From IMG/VR virus record IMGVR_UViG_3300012940_000004, positions 1 through 54,988 of that record: DNA of 54,988 nt; one strand, 5' to 3'. The notes beneath the pieces are model-generated. The model had not been told where the DNA came from, searched no databases, and saw only the letters and a list, made by a program, of their open reading frames with translations. The translations under genes were made by a program, and so were the position numbers. Numbering within the stretch: the first letter of the stretch is position 1; each line of letters starts with the position of its first letter. Shown piece after piece: positions 26,863 through 37,436 of the stretch. This DNA is from a virus (taxonomy: Duplodnaviria > Caudoviricetes).

Positions 26863-29583
26863 TTATCCTCCGTATGGGCCATAGCCGTATGGCAGCTCCC
26901 CGAAGCCAAAAACGGCATTGGGACTCATTGCTTGTCGACCATACTCGAAAGTCTCGATTGAGCCCGCCTCGTAGTCGACGTTTACCGACACCGGCAGGTA
27001 TCGGAATTGTGCGAAGTTGAGCTGGCCGAACGACGATTCTGGTACTCCCTCGAGCTCGGTGTTGCCGCCAAAGAATACCCATTCCTTGATATCCTTTTGA
27101 AGCAGCAGAATGCTCTCGTCGTCCTTGGGCCACTGTGTCATGTCGGCAGGCGTGCCGGGTTGCCTGATAATCTTCGTTCTGCTGAATGCCTTGTCGTCTA
27201 CTGTTCGAAGTGCCTTGACGCCGTAGTACATACTGCCGTAGAAGTTACCGTGACTGACGATGACATCTTGCAGACGGCACCAGGCATTGTGCGCTCGATT
27301 CGCGCCCATAGTGTTGGTCTCGAAGTACCAAGGAATGGCTCGCGTAGTCAACACGTTCGTGGGCGGGAAGTAATGATCGTCCATAGCTTCGTCAGCGAGG
27401 TAGTAGATCGTTTCAGGCGTCACTACCGCGAGTCGGAGCTTTCCTGCAACCTCCAACTTTCGCAGTGCAATTGCAGGGATCAGCCAGCGGTTCCATTGAG
27501 GCTGATCTGCCTGTGCATCGAGCACCCAGATCTCGTTCCCTCGGTACTTGGAACGATCCAGCGGTTCACCGGTCACTGGATCGTTCCAAGACCCGTCAGG
27601 ATTGTCAACGATGTAGTAGAGATAGCCATCGTACTGACTGCTCACAATGGCACGCTTATTGATTAGCGCCATCCACTTATTTGCGATGTCGTCCGTAAGC
27701 GTCTTGTGAGTGATATTGTAGTTGCTCGCGGAGCTCTTCATGAGCTCAGACTCGAGCGGGTGATAGAGTTGCTGATCGAATACCTCTACCCCGTACGGCG
27801 AAACTGTACCTGGAGTAGCCGTCGTCTCCTCGAAGCCCATGATGAGAGTACTCTCGGATTGACCCGATACTGCGGCAGGTGCCATGTAGTACGACGCATG
27901 GTAGCCATCAACTCCCTCACATAGAATGACGATGGTGTCCACGGATTGTGGATTATTCCAGAGCTTCACTGCAGACGGAATGAGCAAGTTACCGAACGAC
28001 AGAGTCTTCTGTCCGCCGCCCTGTGACGGCGAGAAGTCAGTGTACTTAGTGGGTTGATTGCTACTCCATCGGATCATGGCAGGATCCTCGTAGTCGTTCA
28101 CGAGAATGAGCCGATCGCCTGCAACGAGGCCCTGACGTGCTCGAGGGGCCTTAGAGAAGTTGAAATCGTCACGCGTGGTTGCGTCAGGCAGTGCCATCAG
28201 GACTGAGCCTGCAGGCACTGCCGCGAGTGCCTGCAGCCAGGAGTCTGCGGCATCTGTCGAGGTAGCAGTGATCTCGCGGGAGGCGACCAATACACCCTCG
28301 CTCGGTACCGGGTTGTCGTCGCCCCACGTCACCATATAGAGATTCCAGCCGATTGCCCCCTGCAGGCGTGCGTTTGCGAGGAGCCCAGCTGGAAGGATTG
28401 CGACTAGCTGATCGGCTGCCATCTTCGGGTCGGTCACAATCGCACCATTGGGTCGTCCAGCCGCCGTGGGCGCATTGAATTTCCACTGACTCCAACCACG
28501 CTGTGTCTTCACCATAGTCATAAGACTCGGTGCGGATTCACCAAACTCGTTGAAGAAGGTAAACCAGAAGCCGAAGTTGTAGGTGTTCATAGTGTCAGCT
28601 GACGGCATCGGACCGCCTGCAACACTAGCACCCTTGTACAGCGAGTGCGTCCCGCTCTGCGTTCCCGATGTATTGATGGCAGCACCACCGGGCGTCGCAG
28701 ACAGTGTGAAGGTATCGGCAGTCGGTGTCGATTGAACGTAGTATGCAGTGCCTGCCGTCAAGCCTGTAGGCAGCGCACCCGTAGTTCCGAGTCGAACCTG
28801 CTGATTGATCGTGAGACCATGAGCTACCTGTGACAAGACGCCAGGTGATGCGATACTGATATTGACGGTTCCATAGAGCGGATCAGCAATCAGCGTAGTC
28901 GCGAGCGGAGTCTCTGCTGCAGGGATAGTATCCTTGGTCGTATCATTGATCCAGGCGGCGTCCGGATGCACCACAGTCAGCGTCTGTGCAGCCGTAGGCA
29001 ACGTGAGCCCGTCGGGTGACACACTCTTGGCAGTCTTCGTTGTACCTACATTGAACAGAATGATAGGATCGCCCGCGTCTGAGAGCGCGAGGATCTTGTT
29101 ATCGATCTGGAGGTACTTGATGAACATCGTGTTCAGTGAGAACGACGGGATCGCTCCAGTGAACCCGACGAGCGGGTCGGTCAGCTGCTTGATGTCGTAC
29201 AGACTATCCGACTTTCGCTGGAGCCCCGCACGGAATTTGATACCACCCACGGCTCGCACTGCGAACAGGAATGCCTTACCCGTGTAGTCGGTCGTTTCAG
29301 GAACGAAGAACTGCTCGAAACTACCGACTACACCGAGGTCATCACCACTACCAGTGTTGAGCGAGTGTTCTAGATTCAAGACATTTCGCAGTGCAGGTCG
29401 AACACGCAGTGCTCCATCACGAGTAACGAGAACGTTTTGCGCGATTCGCAGACTGCTCGGGTCCGAGATGCCCGGCGGGTATGCAGTACTCCAGCCGTGG
29501 AATTCCTTGAGGAATGCCGACGACAGAGGATTGTCAATCGGAGCCTTAGGCCCCTTGCGCTCAGCCACCCCAGCCCCAATCAC
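26863..29583 (-). CDS. Tail protein (podovirus nozzle/tubular B-like)
   Basis: 906 aa beta-rich, follows adaptor-like gene; GDRL, IRWSS pattern. Confidence 0.6.
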   Translation of the reverse strand: MIGAGVAERKGPKAPIDNPLSSAFLKEFHGWSTAYPPGISDPSSLRIAQNVLVTRDGALRVRPALRNVLNLEHSLNTGSGDDLGVVGSFEQFFVPETTDYTGKAFLFAVRAVGGIKFRAGLQRKSDSLYDIKQLTDPLVGFTGAIPSFSLNTMFIKYLQIDNKILALSDAGDPIILFNVGTTKTAKSVSPDGLTLPTAAQTLTVVHPDAAWINDTTKDTIPAAETPLATTLIADPLYGTVNISIASPGVLSQVAHGLTINQQVRLGTTGALPTGLTAGTAYYVQSTPTADTFTLSATPGGAAINTSGTQSGTHSLYKGASVAGGPMPSADTMNTYNFGFWFTFFNEFGESAPSLMTMVKTQRGWSQWKFNAPTAAGRPNGAIVTDPKMAADQLVAILPAGLLANARLQGAIGWNLYMVTWGDDNPVPSEGVLVASREITATSTDAADSWLQALAAVPAGSVLMALPDATTRDDFNFSKAPRARQGLVAGDRLILVNDYEDPAMIRWSSNQPTKYTDFSPSQGGGQKTLSFGNLLIPSAVKLWNNPQSVDTIVILCEGVDGYHASYYMAPAAVSGQSESTLIMGFEETTATPGTVSPYGVEVFDQQLYHPLESELMKSSASNYNITHKTLTDDIANKWMALINKRAIVSSQYDGYLYYIVDNPDGSWNDPVTGEPLDRSKYRGNEIWVLDAQADQPQWNRWLIPAIALRKLEVAGKLRLAVVTPETIYYLADEAMDDHYFPPTNVLTTRAIPWYFETNTMGANRAHNAWCRLQDVIVSHGNFYGSMYYGVKALRTVDDKAFSRTKIIRQPGTPADMTQWPKDDESILLLQKDIKEWVFFGGNTELEGVPESSFGQLNFAQFRYLPVSVNVDYEAGSIETFEYGRQAMSPNAVFGFGELPYGYGPYGG

Positions 29584-30370
29584 TGTGCGGTGTGTGGCTC
29601 GGGATACTGCCGTGCATGATGCTACCGTCTACCGGCACGTAGTACGTGTTGAGGAACGGTGCCTCGGTGTTTCGCGAATCCCGATCCTTGAGCTTGTACA
29701 TCAGATCGTCGTAATTCGCTTCCAGCGTCTGGACACGCGGTTGCATGATCGGATTCGTTTGCGCGTAGAAGTAAGCAGCCTTGAGTGCGATCAGGTCAGG
29801 CCATGCGAAATCGACGGGCTGCTCTCGGATCTCTGCGGGCACCTGCGTATTCCCAGCCGGAATGGGCGACGTCGGATCTTCAGGACGCTCCGGCAGTCGG
29901 AACATCTTCGGCTCGCGCATGACCGGCACGTGAATCTCGAGTCCCGCCTCGGTACTCCGGAACGGTCGTGAGAACTCCAGCAAGCTGTTCGTGTGCGCCA
30001 CGTAGAGCTGTGCACGATCAGGCACCTTGTGGATGGCATCTCGAGGATACCAGTACGCCCAGACTTCGGGATAGTCCGTTCCAGGACGGCAGAGGCGAAC
30101 TGCGTCGTCGTTGATGATGCGAGGCCGCAACGTCGAACGCAGGTTAACTGCCTGCTGTCCAACGACGGCAGTACCGACGTTCTCAGTACTGGCATACCAC
30201 GACCATTCTGCTTCGGTCGCAACCGATCGAAGCGCGCGATTGATGTGTCGTGTGATCACGTAGTATCGATCAGACTCTGGGATATACTCGACAGCCTGAT
30301 CGGTGAGCAGACCGAGTACCTCGGCGACTATGTCGTCGAGTGTCTGATTCAGTTCAGGATTCTCGGACAT
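29561..30370 (-). CDS. Head-tail adaptor (tubular A-like)
   Basis: TLDDIVAEVL, INRALR..ATEAEWSW, DLIALKAA pattern; position. Confidence 0.55.
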   Translation of the reverse strand: MSENPELNQTLDDIVAEVLGLLTDQAVEYIPESDRYYVITRHINRALRSVATEAEWSWYASTENVGTAVVGQQAVNLRSTLRPRIINDDAVRLCRPGTDYPEVWAYWYPRDAIHKVPDRAQLYVAHTNSLLEFSRPFRSTEAGLEIHVPVMREPKMFRLPERPEDPTSPIPAGNTQVPAEIREQPVDFAWPDLIALKAAYFYAQTNPIMQPRVQTLEANYDDLMYKLKDRDSRNTEAPFLNTYYVPVDGSIMHGSIPSHTPHSDWGWGG

Positions 30371-31425
30371 TACCACTTCCTCAGAGTCGCGCCCTCAGCC
30401 CGACGGAGCGGGCCGACCGTAGCTGCTGCAGCACGATTGCTCGCAACGGGTGTGCCCTCAAAGTCGGGCCGACGACCAAAGGCTGCCGCCCAGCCGTCTG
30501 CAGGCTTCTCGGTCTGGTACGTCTTTCCGACAACGTTTGCGATCTCATTGACAGCTTGCTGCTGATATTGTGGCTTGTAGCCTACCGAGTAGTCGCTATC
30601 GATGTTAGTGTTGCTCGCTTCAGTTCGCTGGATATTCGTCCAAGTGTCAGCGACGTTCTTCCAGTAGGCGTCCCACGCACTCGCGAGCCCCTCCTGCGAC
30701 GACTGCCATGCATTCAGTCGAGCATTCTCAGCCGAGCGTGCTGCACTCGCCAGGTTGCTGTTGATCGATCGGAGCGTGTCGCGGAAGCTCGCCTGAACAT
30801 CCTGTTGATTGGCGTCGAAGTTCCGAGTAGCCTGCTGCAGCGCTCGCAGCGAGTCGGTCTCGCCCGCACCCTGAGAGAGCACTTGCTGCATCAGGTCAGT
30901 GGACTCACGGACTCGGTTCAGAATATTTGCGTTAGACTTCGAGTCGAAGTCCTGCGCATTTCGGGCAGCGAACTTCTCAGAGTCCTCAGCTGCTCCCTGA
31001 TACTGACTGAGAATTCCGCCGAGGGCAGTATCGAGTGTTCGACGAACGTTCGCAATCTGAGTGTCGCGACCCTTCTCATAGCCCGCCAGACTCTTGACCA
31101 GACTATCGACGATCGCCTTAGTAGCTTCGTTCTCTCGGATCGACTGATCCTTTGCAGCCTTCTTAGCAGCGGCCTCGGCTGCCGCTGCCTTAGCCGCTGC
31201 TGCTTGCTGCTGACGCTGCAGCTCGCTCATGACACTGCTCGGGCCACCCGTGTTGGTATTGGACGGCGTTGTCGGGCCGGTCGCGACGGGCGGTGCCTGT
31301 GTCATGATGCGCCACAGGTCATACCCACCACCCTTCGTCTCGTCCGAGATTCCATGTGCATTGAGGTTATTGACACCATCACCAATGGTGTTAGTCTTCT
31401 TGTTGATCTGCGGCTTGCCAGGCAT
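30370..31425 (-). CDS. Putative internal virion/ejection protein
   Basis: A/Q/N-rich helical sequence; GGAGG RBS. Confidence 0.55.
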   Translation of the reverse strand: MPGKPQINKKTNTIGDGVNNLNAHGISDETKGGGYDLWRIMTQAPPVATGPTTPSNTNTGGPSSVMSELQRQQQAAAAKAAAAEAAAKKAAKDQSIRENEATKAIVDSLVKSLAGYEKGRDTQIANVRRTLDTALGGILSQYQGAAEDSEKFAARNAQDFDSKSNANILNRVRESTDLMQQVLSQGAGETDSLRALQQATRNFDANQQDVQASFRDTLRSINSNLASAARSAENARLNAWQSSQEGLASAWDAYWKNVADTWTNIQRTEASNTNIDSDYSVGYKPQYQQQAVNEIANVVGKTYQTEKPADGWAAAFGRRPDFEGTPVASNRAAAATVGPLRRAEGATLRKW

Positions 31426-32504
31426 CACAACCTCCAGGTAGTACGAAAGTCCTGCGGCGAGACGTAGCCCTCGCCAAACTGCGTGCGGCCCTGCTCCCAG
31501 TTATCGAGCTCGCGACGCAGGAACGTCTCGATCAGGTCGTCGTCCAGGCCATAGTCATTCTTAATGGAATCGTAGTAGTCTCCGAGATCAGCGGGACGCT
31601 GTGCGAGTGCCATGCCCTGCATGAGCGTTCGGAGTCCGTCAACCTGCGCTGTCGTTAGAGTGGACAGTGGATCCTTCGGTGCAGTCCCCGCTGCAAATCC
31701 GAGTGGGCCGTCGGATCCGATGTTGCTCAGGAGGCTCTGGCCTTGCTCCAAGAGGTCAGAGAGCCCGGTTGCCTGTGCAGAATTTGCCAATCGCTGCGCG
31801 TGATACTGTGCGTAGGGCGCTTCACCGGCAGTGACCTCGTCAGGCAAGTCGAGAATCTCCTGCTTAGACAGGAATGCGCTGCCTCGAAGATACTGATCGA
31901 GGTCATTGTTCTTACTGTCCATTCCGAGTTGTGACAAGAGCGCGACCGTCTGAGGCGCATACTGCTCGCTACCACCCTGATCAGTGAACAGCGCAGAGAT
32001 TGCATTCTTATAATTCTCGTCGGCCATCTTAGTACGACGCTCTGTCGAAGACATTCGCAGGTTGGCTTCCTTGTCAGCCTGCACCGCGTTCCAGAGAGCA
32101 GTCTGTGCATCAACCAGACTCCGCTGTCGGTCAGACAGCCCGGCATACTCCTCGGGCGTAAACTCCTCACTGCGAGTTCGATCGAAGTCGAAGATCTGCG
32201 AGTGTGCGTCACGAGTAGAGAGTGCAGCCTGGCGGTTAGCCTGCGATGGCTCGACAGGCTTGGGCCGTACTGCGCCATACGCATTCCAGCTCCCGCTCGC
32301 TTGAGGCTGCTGCGCAGGTAGCGTCACGCCAGAAATGGTAGTAACGGTATCGCCGCGACCTCGCGGTGAAGTCCTGAAGATCTCGTTCTGAAGCTCACGA
32401 GTGGGCTTGGAGTAGGCGTCAGGTACAGCGGATTCCTCGCCGGACCACAACCGACGCCAGCTCTCACTGGCCGAGTTGGGTTTCCCCGAATCCTTGCTTG
32501 CCAT
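31425..32504 (-). CDS. Putative internal virion protein
   Basis: AGGAGG RBS, TATAAT at 32528-32523; function by composition and position. Confidence 0.55.
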   Translation of the reverse strand: MASKDSGKPNSASESWRRLWSGEESAVPDAYSKPTRELQNEIFRTSPRGRGDTVTTISGVTLPAQQPQASGSWNAYGAVRPKPVEPSQANRQAALSTRDAHSQIFDFDRTRSEEFTPEEYAGLSDRQRSLVDAQTALWNAVQADKEANLRMSSTERRTKMADENYKNAISALFTDQGGSEQYAPQTVALLSQLGMDSKNNDLDQYLRGSAFLSKQEILDLPDEVTAGEAPYAQYHAQRLANSAQATGLSDLLEQGQSLLSNIGSDGPLGFAAGTAPKDPLSTLTTAQVDGLRTLMQGMALAQRPADLGDYYDSIKNDYGLDDDLIETFLRRELDNWEQGRTQFGEGYVSPQDFRTTWRL

Positions 32505-32561
32505 ACGATCCTCCTGGAAAGTATTATAGTAGCCTGACGCCTACTCCGGTGGTTTTACAGA

Positions 32562-32993
32562 CTAGCGTTCGAACGGCGTCGCGCCGGGCTTGACATGATT
32601 GGCAGTCTGTGCGAGCTGCTGCTGGCCACCCGTGAAGATCGCTACCGCACTGGAGAGTGCACCGAGTGCCAGACTCAGACCAGTGAGGACAATCGTGCTC
32701 GTGGCCTCATCGAGCCATCCCAAGATCACGAGTGCGGGAGCGACCGTAGTACCCAGTGTATAGATCGCGCCTCGAATGATTGCCCAGCCTGCACCCCAGT
32801 CTCCGACTCGCAGATTGACCAGGTTGAGTAGACTCGCAACGAATTGCATCGTCGCGCCGGTGATGATGAGCACCTGCTCCCAGGTGCCCTCGGTACCGAA
32901 GCCCACCATGATGAGCAGCGGCGTGAGCGATGCCAGGAACGCCTGGATGAGCTGACGACGCTCTGTCGTGAACCACTGAATGAATTTTTTCAT
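32562..32993 (-). CDS. Holin-like membrane protein (about 4 TM)
   Basis: Four hydrophobic segments; downstream of endolysin. Confidence 0.7.
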   Translation of the reverse strand: MKKFIQWFTTERRQLIQAFLASLTPLLIMVGFGTEGTWEQVLIITGATMQFVASLLNLVNLRVGDWGAGWAIIRGAIYTLGTTVAPALVILGWLDEATSTIVLTGLSLALGALSSAVAIFTGGQQQLAQTANHVKPGATPFER

Positions 32994-33436
32994 TCGTCTT
33001 CTCCTTCGATGTCGAGAGTCGGTTGAGTGCGTTCGTCGATCTCTCTCTGCAATCGACGATCTTCTGATTGTAGATCTTGGAGTGTAATATTAACTTTGTC
33101 GATCTCGCCATATAGTCCGGCTACACCGACTTCGACACGCTCCATTGCGTCTTTGATACTGCTACCATCATTCTTGTGAGTCTCGTGATGGATTGCAGCG
33201 ATCTGGACATCTTGGCGACTCAGTGTCTCGGTATGATCCTCGAGAGTCTTCGTAGTATCATCGATGAAGTCAGAGAGCTTGAGTAGAATGGGAACGATCC
33301 CGACAAAGGCAACTAGCCCTCTGACGAAGGGCCAGGCCTTGATGATGAGGCCGATGATGATAGAGATTAAAATGACCCAGAGGATTGCATCGACGAGGGT
33401 GACCCCGCCGAGCAAGTCGGAGATCCAGCTAGGCAT
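32990..33436 (-). CDS. Lysis-cassette membrane protein (N-terminal TM, coiled-coil, NDGSSIKDA)
   Basis: AILWVILISIIIGLIIKAW; NxGSSxKD motif common in actinophage lysis-cassette proteins. Confidence 0.7.
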   Translation of the reverse strand: MPSWISDLLGGVTLVDAILWVILISIIIGLIIKAWPFVRGLVAFVGIVPILLKLSDFIDDTTKTLEDHTETLSRQDVQIAAIHHETHKNDGSSIKDAMERVEVGVAGLYGEIDKVNITLQDLQSEDRRLQREIDERTQPTLDIEGEDE

Positions 33437-33559
33437 TGTTACAATACACCCCCTATAATGAAGATACTGACGGTAGCCCCGATCAGGACACCTATCACCC
33501 ATGCCCACAGAGGAATTCCCTCCGAGCGCTTTCGACCGTGCCTGATCGGGGCTTCCATC

Positions 33560-34558
33560 TTACTTCTCCTTCTTGTTGCTCGTGAACCAGTCGGTCAGAG
33601 CCTTGATGATCGCCTGAATCAGCTGCAGGAACCAGTTCGGTGCCGGGGGCTCAGGCTCAGGATCCGGCTCAGGCTCCGGCTCCGGCTCAGGCCCCGGCTC
33701 CGGCTCAGGCTCCGGCTCCGGCTCCGGCTCCGGCTCAGGCTCCGGCTCAGGCTCCGGCTCAGGCTCAGGCTCCGGCTCCGGCTCCGGCTCAGGCTCTGGC
33801 TCCGGCTCCGGCTCAGGCTCCGGTTGCGGCTTGGGCCGATTGTCGATCACTTCAGGGATGCCGTCGAGTGACTGTGACGTGAAACCGCCTGCCCACGCCC
33901 AGCCATAGCCTTCGATCTCGAACCAGACATCGGTCGTAGAGCCGTTCTGGGTGATCGACTTGCCGGTCAGGGTCGCCTTCGTGACCGTGTGGACTGACCC
34001 AGCTGCCAGACGGTTGTTCGACGGCGTAAGCAGCGCGCTCAGGTCTGGCGACATTCGACGGAACGCATTGGCGTTGCTCTTCACAGTACGCGAGTTCGGG
34101 GCCTCCTTGAGCCACTGCGAGAGCGGCGGACGGTTGCCGTTCGAGATCGCAATACCGAGCAGCGGGCGCGACTTCGAGTATCCACTGATTGTGGATTCAT
34201 AGACGTCGTTCCCCAGGTCACGAATGAAGCCTGCACGGTTCTGCGTGACGGACACGAACGAATCCGGTCCGGTGACGATGCCGACGTGTCCAAAAGTTCC
34301 ATACTGGAAATGAACGATGTCGAGAGGTTGCGGCGTCCCGACACGCTTCCGGCCTGCCTTGACTGCAGAGTCCCAGGCTGCATTCGCCGAAGTGAAGCCG
34401 TAGTTGTTCCAGTACGCATTGCCCTCGGCAACGAAGCCTGCATCGATCAGCAGCCGCTGACCAGTGCGGCCCACGGCACGTTGACACTGGCCACTCTCGA
34501 CGTCCGATCCGATAGCAATCTTCGCCATTGCAGCGCAGATCTGATCACGCAGGCTCAT
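33560..34558 (-). CDS. Endolysin, CHAP/NlpC-P60-like peptidase with Pro-Glu rod and amphipathic C-terminus
   Basis: GQCQRAV and FGHVGIV Cys/His dyad; SH3-like [14 protein letters not shown]; next to holin. Confidence 0.75.
   Translation of the reverse strand: MSLRDQICAAMAKIAIGSDVESGQCQRAVGRTGQRLLIDAGFVAEGNAYWNNYGFTSANAAWDSAVKAGRKRVGTPQPLDIVHFQYGTFGHVGIVTGPDSFVSVTQNRAGFIRDLGNDVYESTISGYSKSRPLLGIAISNGNRPPLSQWLKEAPNSRTVKSNANAFRRMSPDLSALLTPSNNRLAAGSVHTVTKATLTGKSITQNGSTTDVWFEIEGYGWAWAGGFTSQSLDGIPEVIDNRPKPQPEPEPEPEPEPEPEPEPEPEPEPEPEPEPEPEPEPEPEPEPEPGPEPEPEPEPDPEPEPPAPNWFLQLIQAIIKALTDWFTSNKKEK
33648..33835 (-). repeat. Hexamer tandem repeat encoding about 30 Pro-Glu dipeptides
   Basis: (CCGGAG/CCTGAG)n on - strand. 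Confidence 0.95.
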
Positions 34559-34626
34559 TCGTCGTCTCCCGTGTCAGGCTCCGACGGCTCGTCGTAGCCG
34601 TCTTCAGCTGGATTGCGGTCGTACAT
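34555..34626 (-). CDS. 23-aa acidic peptide coupled to endolysin start
   Basis: [37 protein letters not shown] overlap. Confidence 0.45.
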   Translation of the reverse strand: MYDRNPAEDGYDEPSEPDTGDDE

Positions 34627-34640
34627 GTTGTATCCTTCCA

Positions 34641-36311
34641 TTATGATTTCCAGGTGCCCCCGACGTTCTCCCACAGTTTGATCTGCTTCCAGACGCCGAG
34701 AACGTTTTCCCAGTTGATGATGCGCTTCCACGTACCACCAACGTTTTCCCACAAGATACCGGGTGCTGATCCCGAACCAGTGGTCATGAATCCGAGAGGT
34801 TCCGTAGTGCTACCATCGCCATTGTTCGATAGTGCGAGAACGCGTGCATAGTACTGTCGAGATGGCGTCAAGCCTACGAAGACTCGAGACAGCTCTGTTG
34901 GACCGACGATGGCCTCCTGGACGTTCTGCGTGAGACCCTTGTCTGTACCGATCCTGACTCGATACCCAGTTATCGTAGACCCGAATAGCCCGAGAGGAGC
35001 AGCCCACTCGAGTGTGACAGTGGTATCGGAAACTGCGTCAACGCTGAAACTCACAGGCGCTGATGGAACATTGGTCTTTGCAGAGAAATTGACCCACTCG
35101 CCCCAGTTACTCCAGAACTGCCCATTAGAGACTCGAAGACGGTAGATGTATCCAACACCAGCAATGAGGCCAGTGAATAGCGGCTCACGAGCAGTGTCGA
35201 GTGTGACATCTACTTGATCGACGTCATCCGCGATCTGGTAGTTGACCTGCGTCAGAGGCGTGCCACCGTTGTCGAGGATGGTACCGAGCGTCGAGAATGC
35301 AGTGGTCGTCGCAATGTCGTGTGGAACGTAGCCAGTCGGTGTAGACGGAATCTCTGCATTGGTCTGGACGTTGAGTGTGGTACTCCAGGGACTCCAGCCT
35401 ACACTGTTCTGAATACGCTGTCGCATATAGTACTGCGTGGCGCGTGTAAGTCCAGTGAAGGAAGGATTCGTCGTGGTCTGTGTCTGCAGGACAGTAGCAA
35501 ACGTGGGAGAGGTAGAGATCTGTGTCTCTCTAGCAAGGATCGTCCCACCCGTATAGGCTGGATCTGTACTCACCAAGACGATCATCGTGTTCGTCTTGTC
35601 GAACAGTGCAATGCTAGGTGCGTCTGGCAGGTCTACAGTGTCTGCGAACTGGGTAGCACTCCAAGGACTCGCACCGATTGCGTTGATCGTTCTGGCTTGA
35701 AAGTAGTATCGCGTCCGACCGCTTAGTCCGGTAGCGGTCCGTGGACTGTTTCCAGTGAGCGTCACCACGTCCGACGCGAATGTTGATGAGGGGCTGTAGC
35801 GAACCTGGCGGCTGGTGATAGCCGACCCGCCATTGTCGCTCGCATCGGAGAAGACGCACCGAATACTCGACTGGGTAATCTGATCGAGTGCAGTGATCGT
35901 AGGAGCTTTTGGCGCTTTCGGAATTCGGTTTACTGCGAAGGAACTCGAGCAGTAACCATTCTGGAAGGGATTCGCACCGCTCGAGTCCAGTGATGCTGCA
36001 AACGTGAGTGTGAGATTACCGTTAGCATCGTGAGCAATGTAACCACTTGTACCACTCGCTACGAGATAGCTATCTGTATAGCGAAGATCGACATCGTGGC
36101 TACCTGACGTTCCCCAGCCACCGATATTGATAGAGTAAGCCGGTGCATACTGACTGAGTGCGTACCCTGATCCAGCAGATGTCTTGATGACATAGAGTGC
36201 GTAGTCGAAGCGGGACGAATTCCCTAACGTATCACGTAGGGAAACGTCGAGCCGGAGTTGATATTGATTGGCCGGAGAGAAGTTTCCGAAAGCCTGTCCG
36301 CTGGTAGCCAT
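34641..36311 (-). CDS. Minor tail/receptor-binding protein with about four fibronectin type III repeats
   Basis: P.AP..., GL...T.YY..R..N..G.SPWS repeats; C-terminal WENVGGTWK triple repeat. Confidence 0.8.
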   Translation of the reverse strand: MATSGQAFGNFSPANQYQLRLDVSLRDTLGNSSRFDYALYVIKTSAGSGYALSQYAPAYSINIGGWGTSGSHDVDLRYTDSYLVASGTSGYIAHDANGNLTLTFAASLDSSGANPFQNGYCSSSFAVNRIPKAPKAPTITALDQITQSSIRCVFSDASDNGGSAITSRQVRYSPSSTFASDVVTLTGNSPRTATGLSGRTRYYFQARTINAIGASPWSATQFADTVDLPDAPSIALFDKTNTMIVLVSTDPAYTGGTILARETQISTSPTFATVLQTQTTTNPSFTGLTRATQYYMRQRIQNSVGWSPWSTTLNVQTNAEIPSTPTGYVPHDIATTTAFSTLGTILDNGGTPLTQVNYQIADDVDQVDVTLDTAREPLFTGLIAGVGYIYRLRVSNGQFWSNWGEWVNFSAKTNVPSAPVSFSVDAVSDTTVTLEWAAPLGLFGSTITGYRVRIGTDKGLTQNVQEAIVGPTELSRVFVGLTPSRQYYARVLALSNNGDGSTTEPLGFMTTGSGSAPGILWENVGGTWKRIINWENVLGVWKQIKLWENVGGTWKS

Positions 36312-36319
36312 AGCTCTGC

Positions 36320-37423
36320 CTACGGGACGTACTGCCGATACTGATCCCCGTCAACACCACCTGCCGGGGCTGCAGTACCCCTGCTAGTGCCTCGGAGCCC
36401 TGTGACCTTCGGAATGATCGCGTTGCTGATCATGTCAGTTGAAACAAGGAAGTAGCTGACATCCTGTGCAGCGGCAGTACCGAGCGTCGGCAGATCTGCA
36501 AGATCATTATACGATGGAATGGGACTGAATGCTGCGAGCTTGTCTCGCTGTTCTTCAGTCAAGAACGTTCGAGTACCAGTCTCGTTGATGTCGTCAGCCG
36601 TGAGGATGATTGCACCGACCTTGCCATTGACACTCAAGACCGGTACTGCAATGAGTCCCCAGTCCCAGGTGTCGAAGCCCGTCGCGATGGGGACGTTTCC
36701 AGCAGGCTGCCCGGTTGCATCGAGCCCAGTGCCGCCCTCGGCGACCTGTGCCCAGTGCGTCTCGTAGTCAACCGCCGTAGACTTGGTCAAGACGGATCCC
36801 GGAGAGCCACCAGGCGGGAGCGCGATATCCTCAACATTGACGAATGCAGCAGTTCCAAACTGCGGCTTGTTCGCCAGCACGTCCCAGCCTTGGCTCCAGA
36901 GCGCGTCGAGGTGCTCCTTGTCAGCATCAGTAAAGCTAGTAGTACCGGGGGCAAGCGCATAGCCTGCATACACCGTAATTGCGTGCTGCTCTTCCAGCAG
37001 GATCGTGAGTGCTTCACCGGCCTGGGCAAATCCAGAGAAGGTGTCGTCCATCGATGAGAACTCGGTGTTCTGAACGAGATCGATGACGCCCTTAACGATG
37101 ACGGATGAGTAGCCATTGGCAACCATGACAATGGCAAATTCATACTCGCCGGGTGCCCAGTTCAGCGAGTCAGCTTGAATGTCGAAGTAAGCGTACCCCT
37201 GTTCGGGTTCCGCAAGGATCGCAGCAGCAGTCATGATCAGGTTTCCTGAATCCCCGTCTGAAGCAGCGGGGGTCTGCTTCCGTGCGACGATACGAAGATC
37301 GACGCCGGTGATATCCAGCATCCGACCGAGGAAATCCTTGATCCAGAGAGTTAGTCGGAAGCTCTTACGAGCCTCCAGTCTCAGTACAGTCTGCTGCTGC
37401 GGAGAGTTACTGAGAGTGCTCAT
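36320..37423 (-). CDS. Minor tail/fibre protein (BppU-like N-terminus)
   Basis: LDITG.., PGEYEF, VLSVNGKVGAIIL, SYNDLADLP fibre motifs. Confidence 0.65.
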   Translation of the reverse strand: MSTLSNSPQQQTVLRLEARKSFRLTLWIKDFLGRMLDITGVDLRIVARKQTPAASDGDSGNLIMTAAAILAEPEQGYAYFDIQADSLNWAPGEYEFAIVMVANGYSSVIVKGVIDLVQNTEFSSMDDTFSGFAQAGEALTILLEEQHAITVYAGYALAPGTTSFTDADKEHLDALWSQGWDVLANKPQFGTAAFVNVEDIALPPGGSPGSVLTKSTAVDYETHWAQVAEGGTGLDATGQPAGNVPIATGFDTWDWGLIAVPVLSVNGKVGAIILTADDINETGTRTFLTEEQRDKLAAFSPIPSYNDLADLPTLGTAAAQDVSYFLVSTDMISNAIIPKVTGLRGTSRGTAAPAGGVDGDQYRQYVP

Positions 37424-37436
37424 TTCGAATCCTTTC

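Noticed and set aside
33458-33882. (RL)n and (PA/QA)n ORFs
   Set aside because: Alternative-frame readings of the Pro-Glu hexamer repeat
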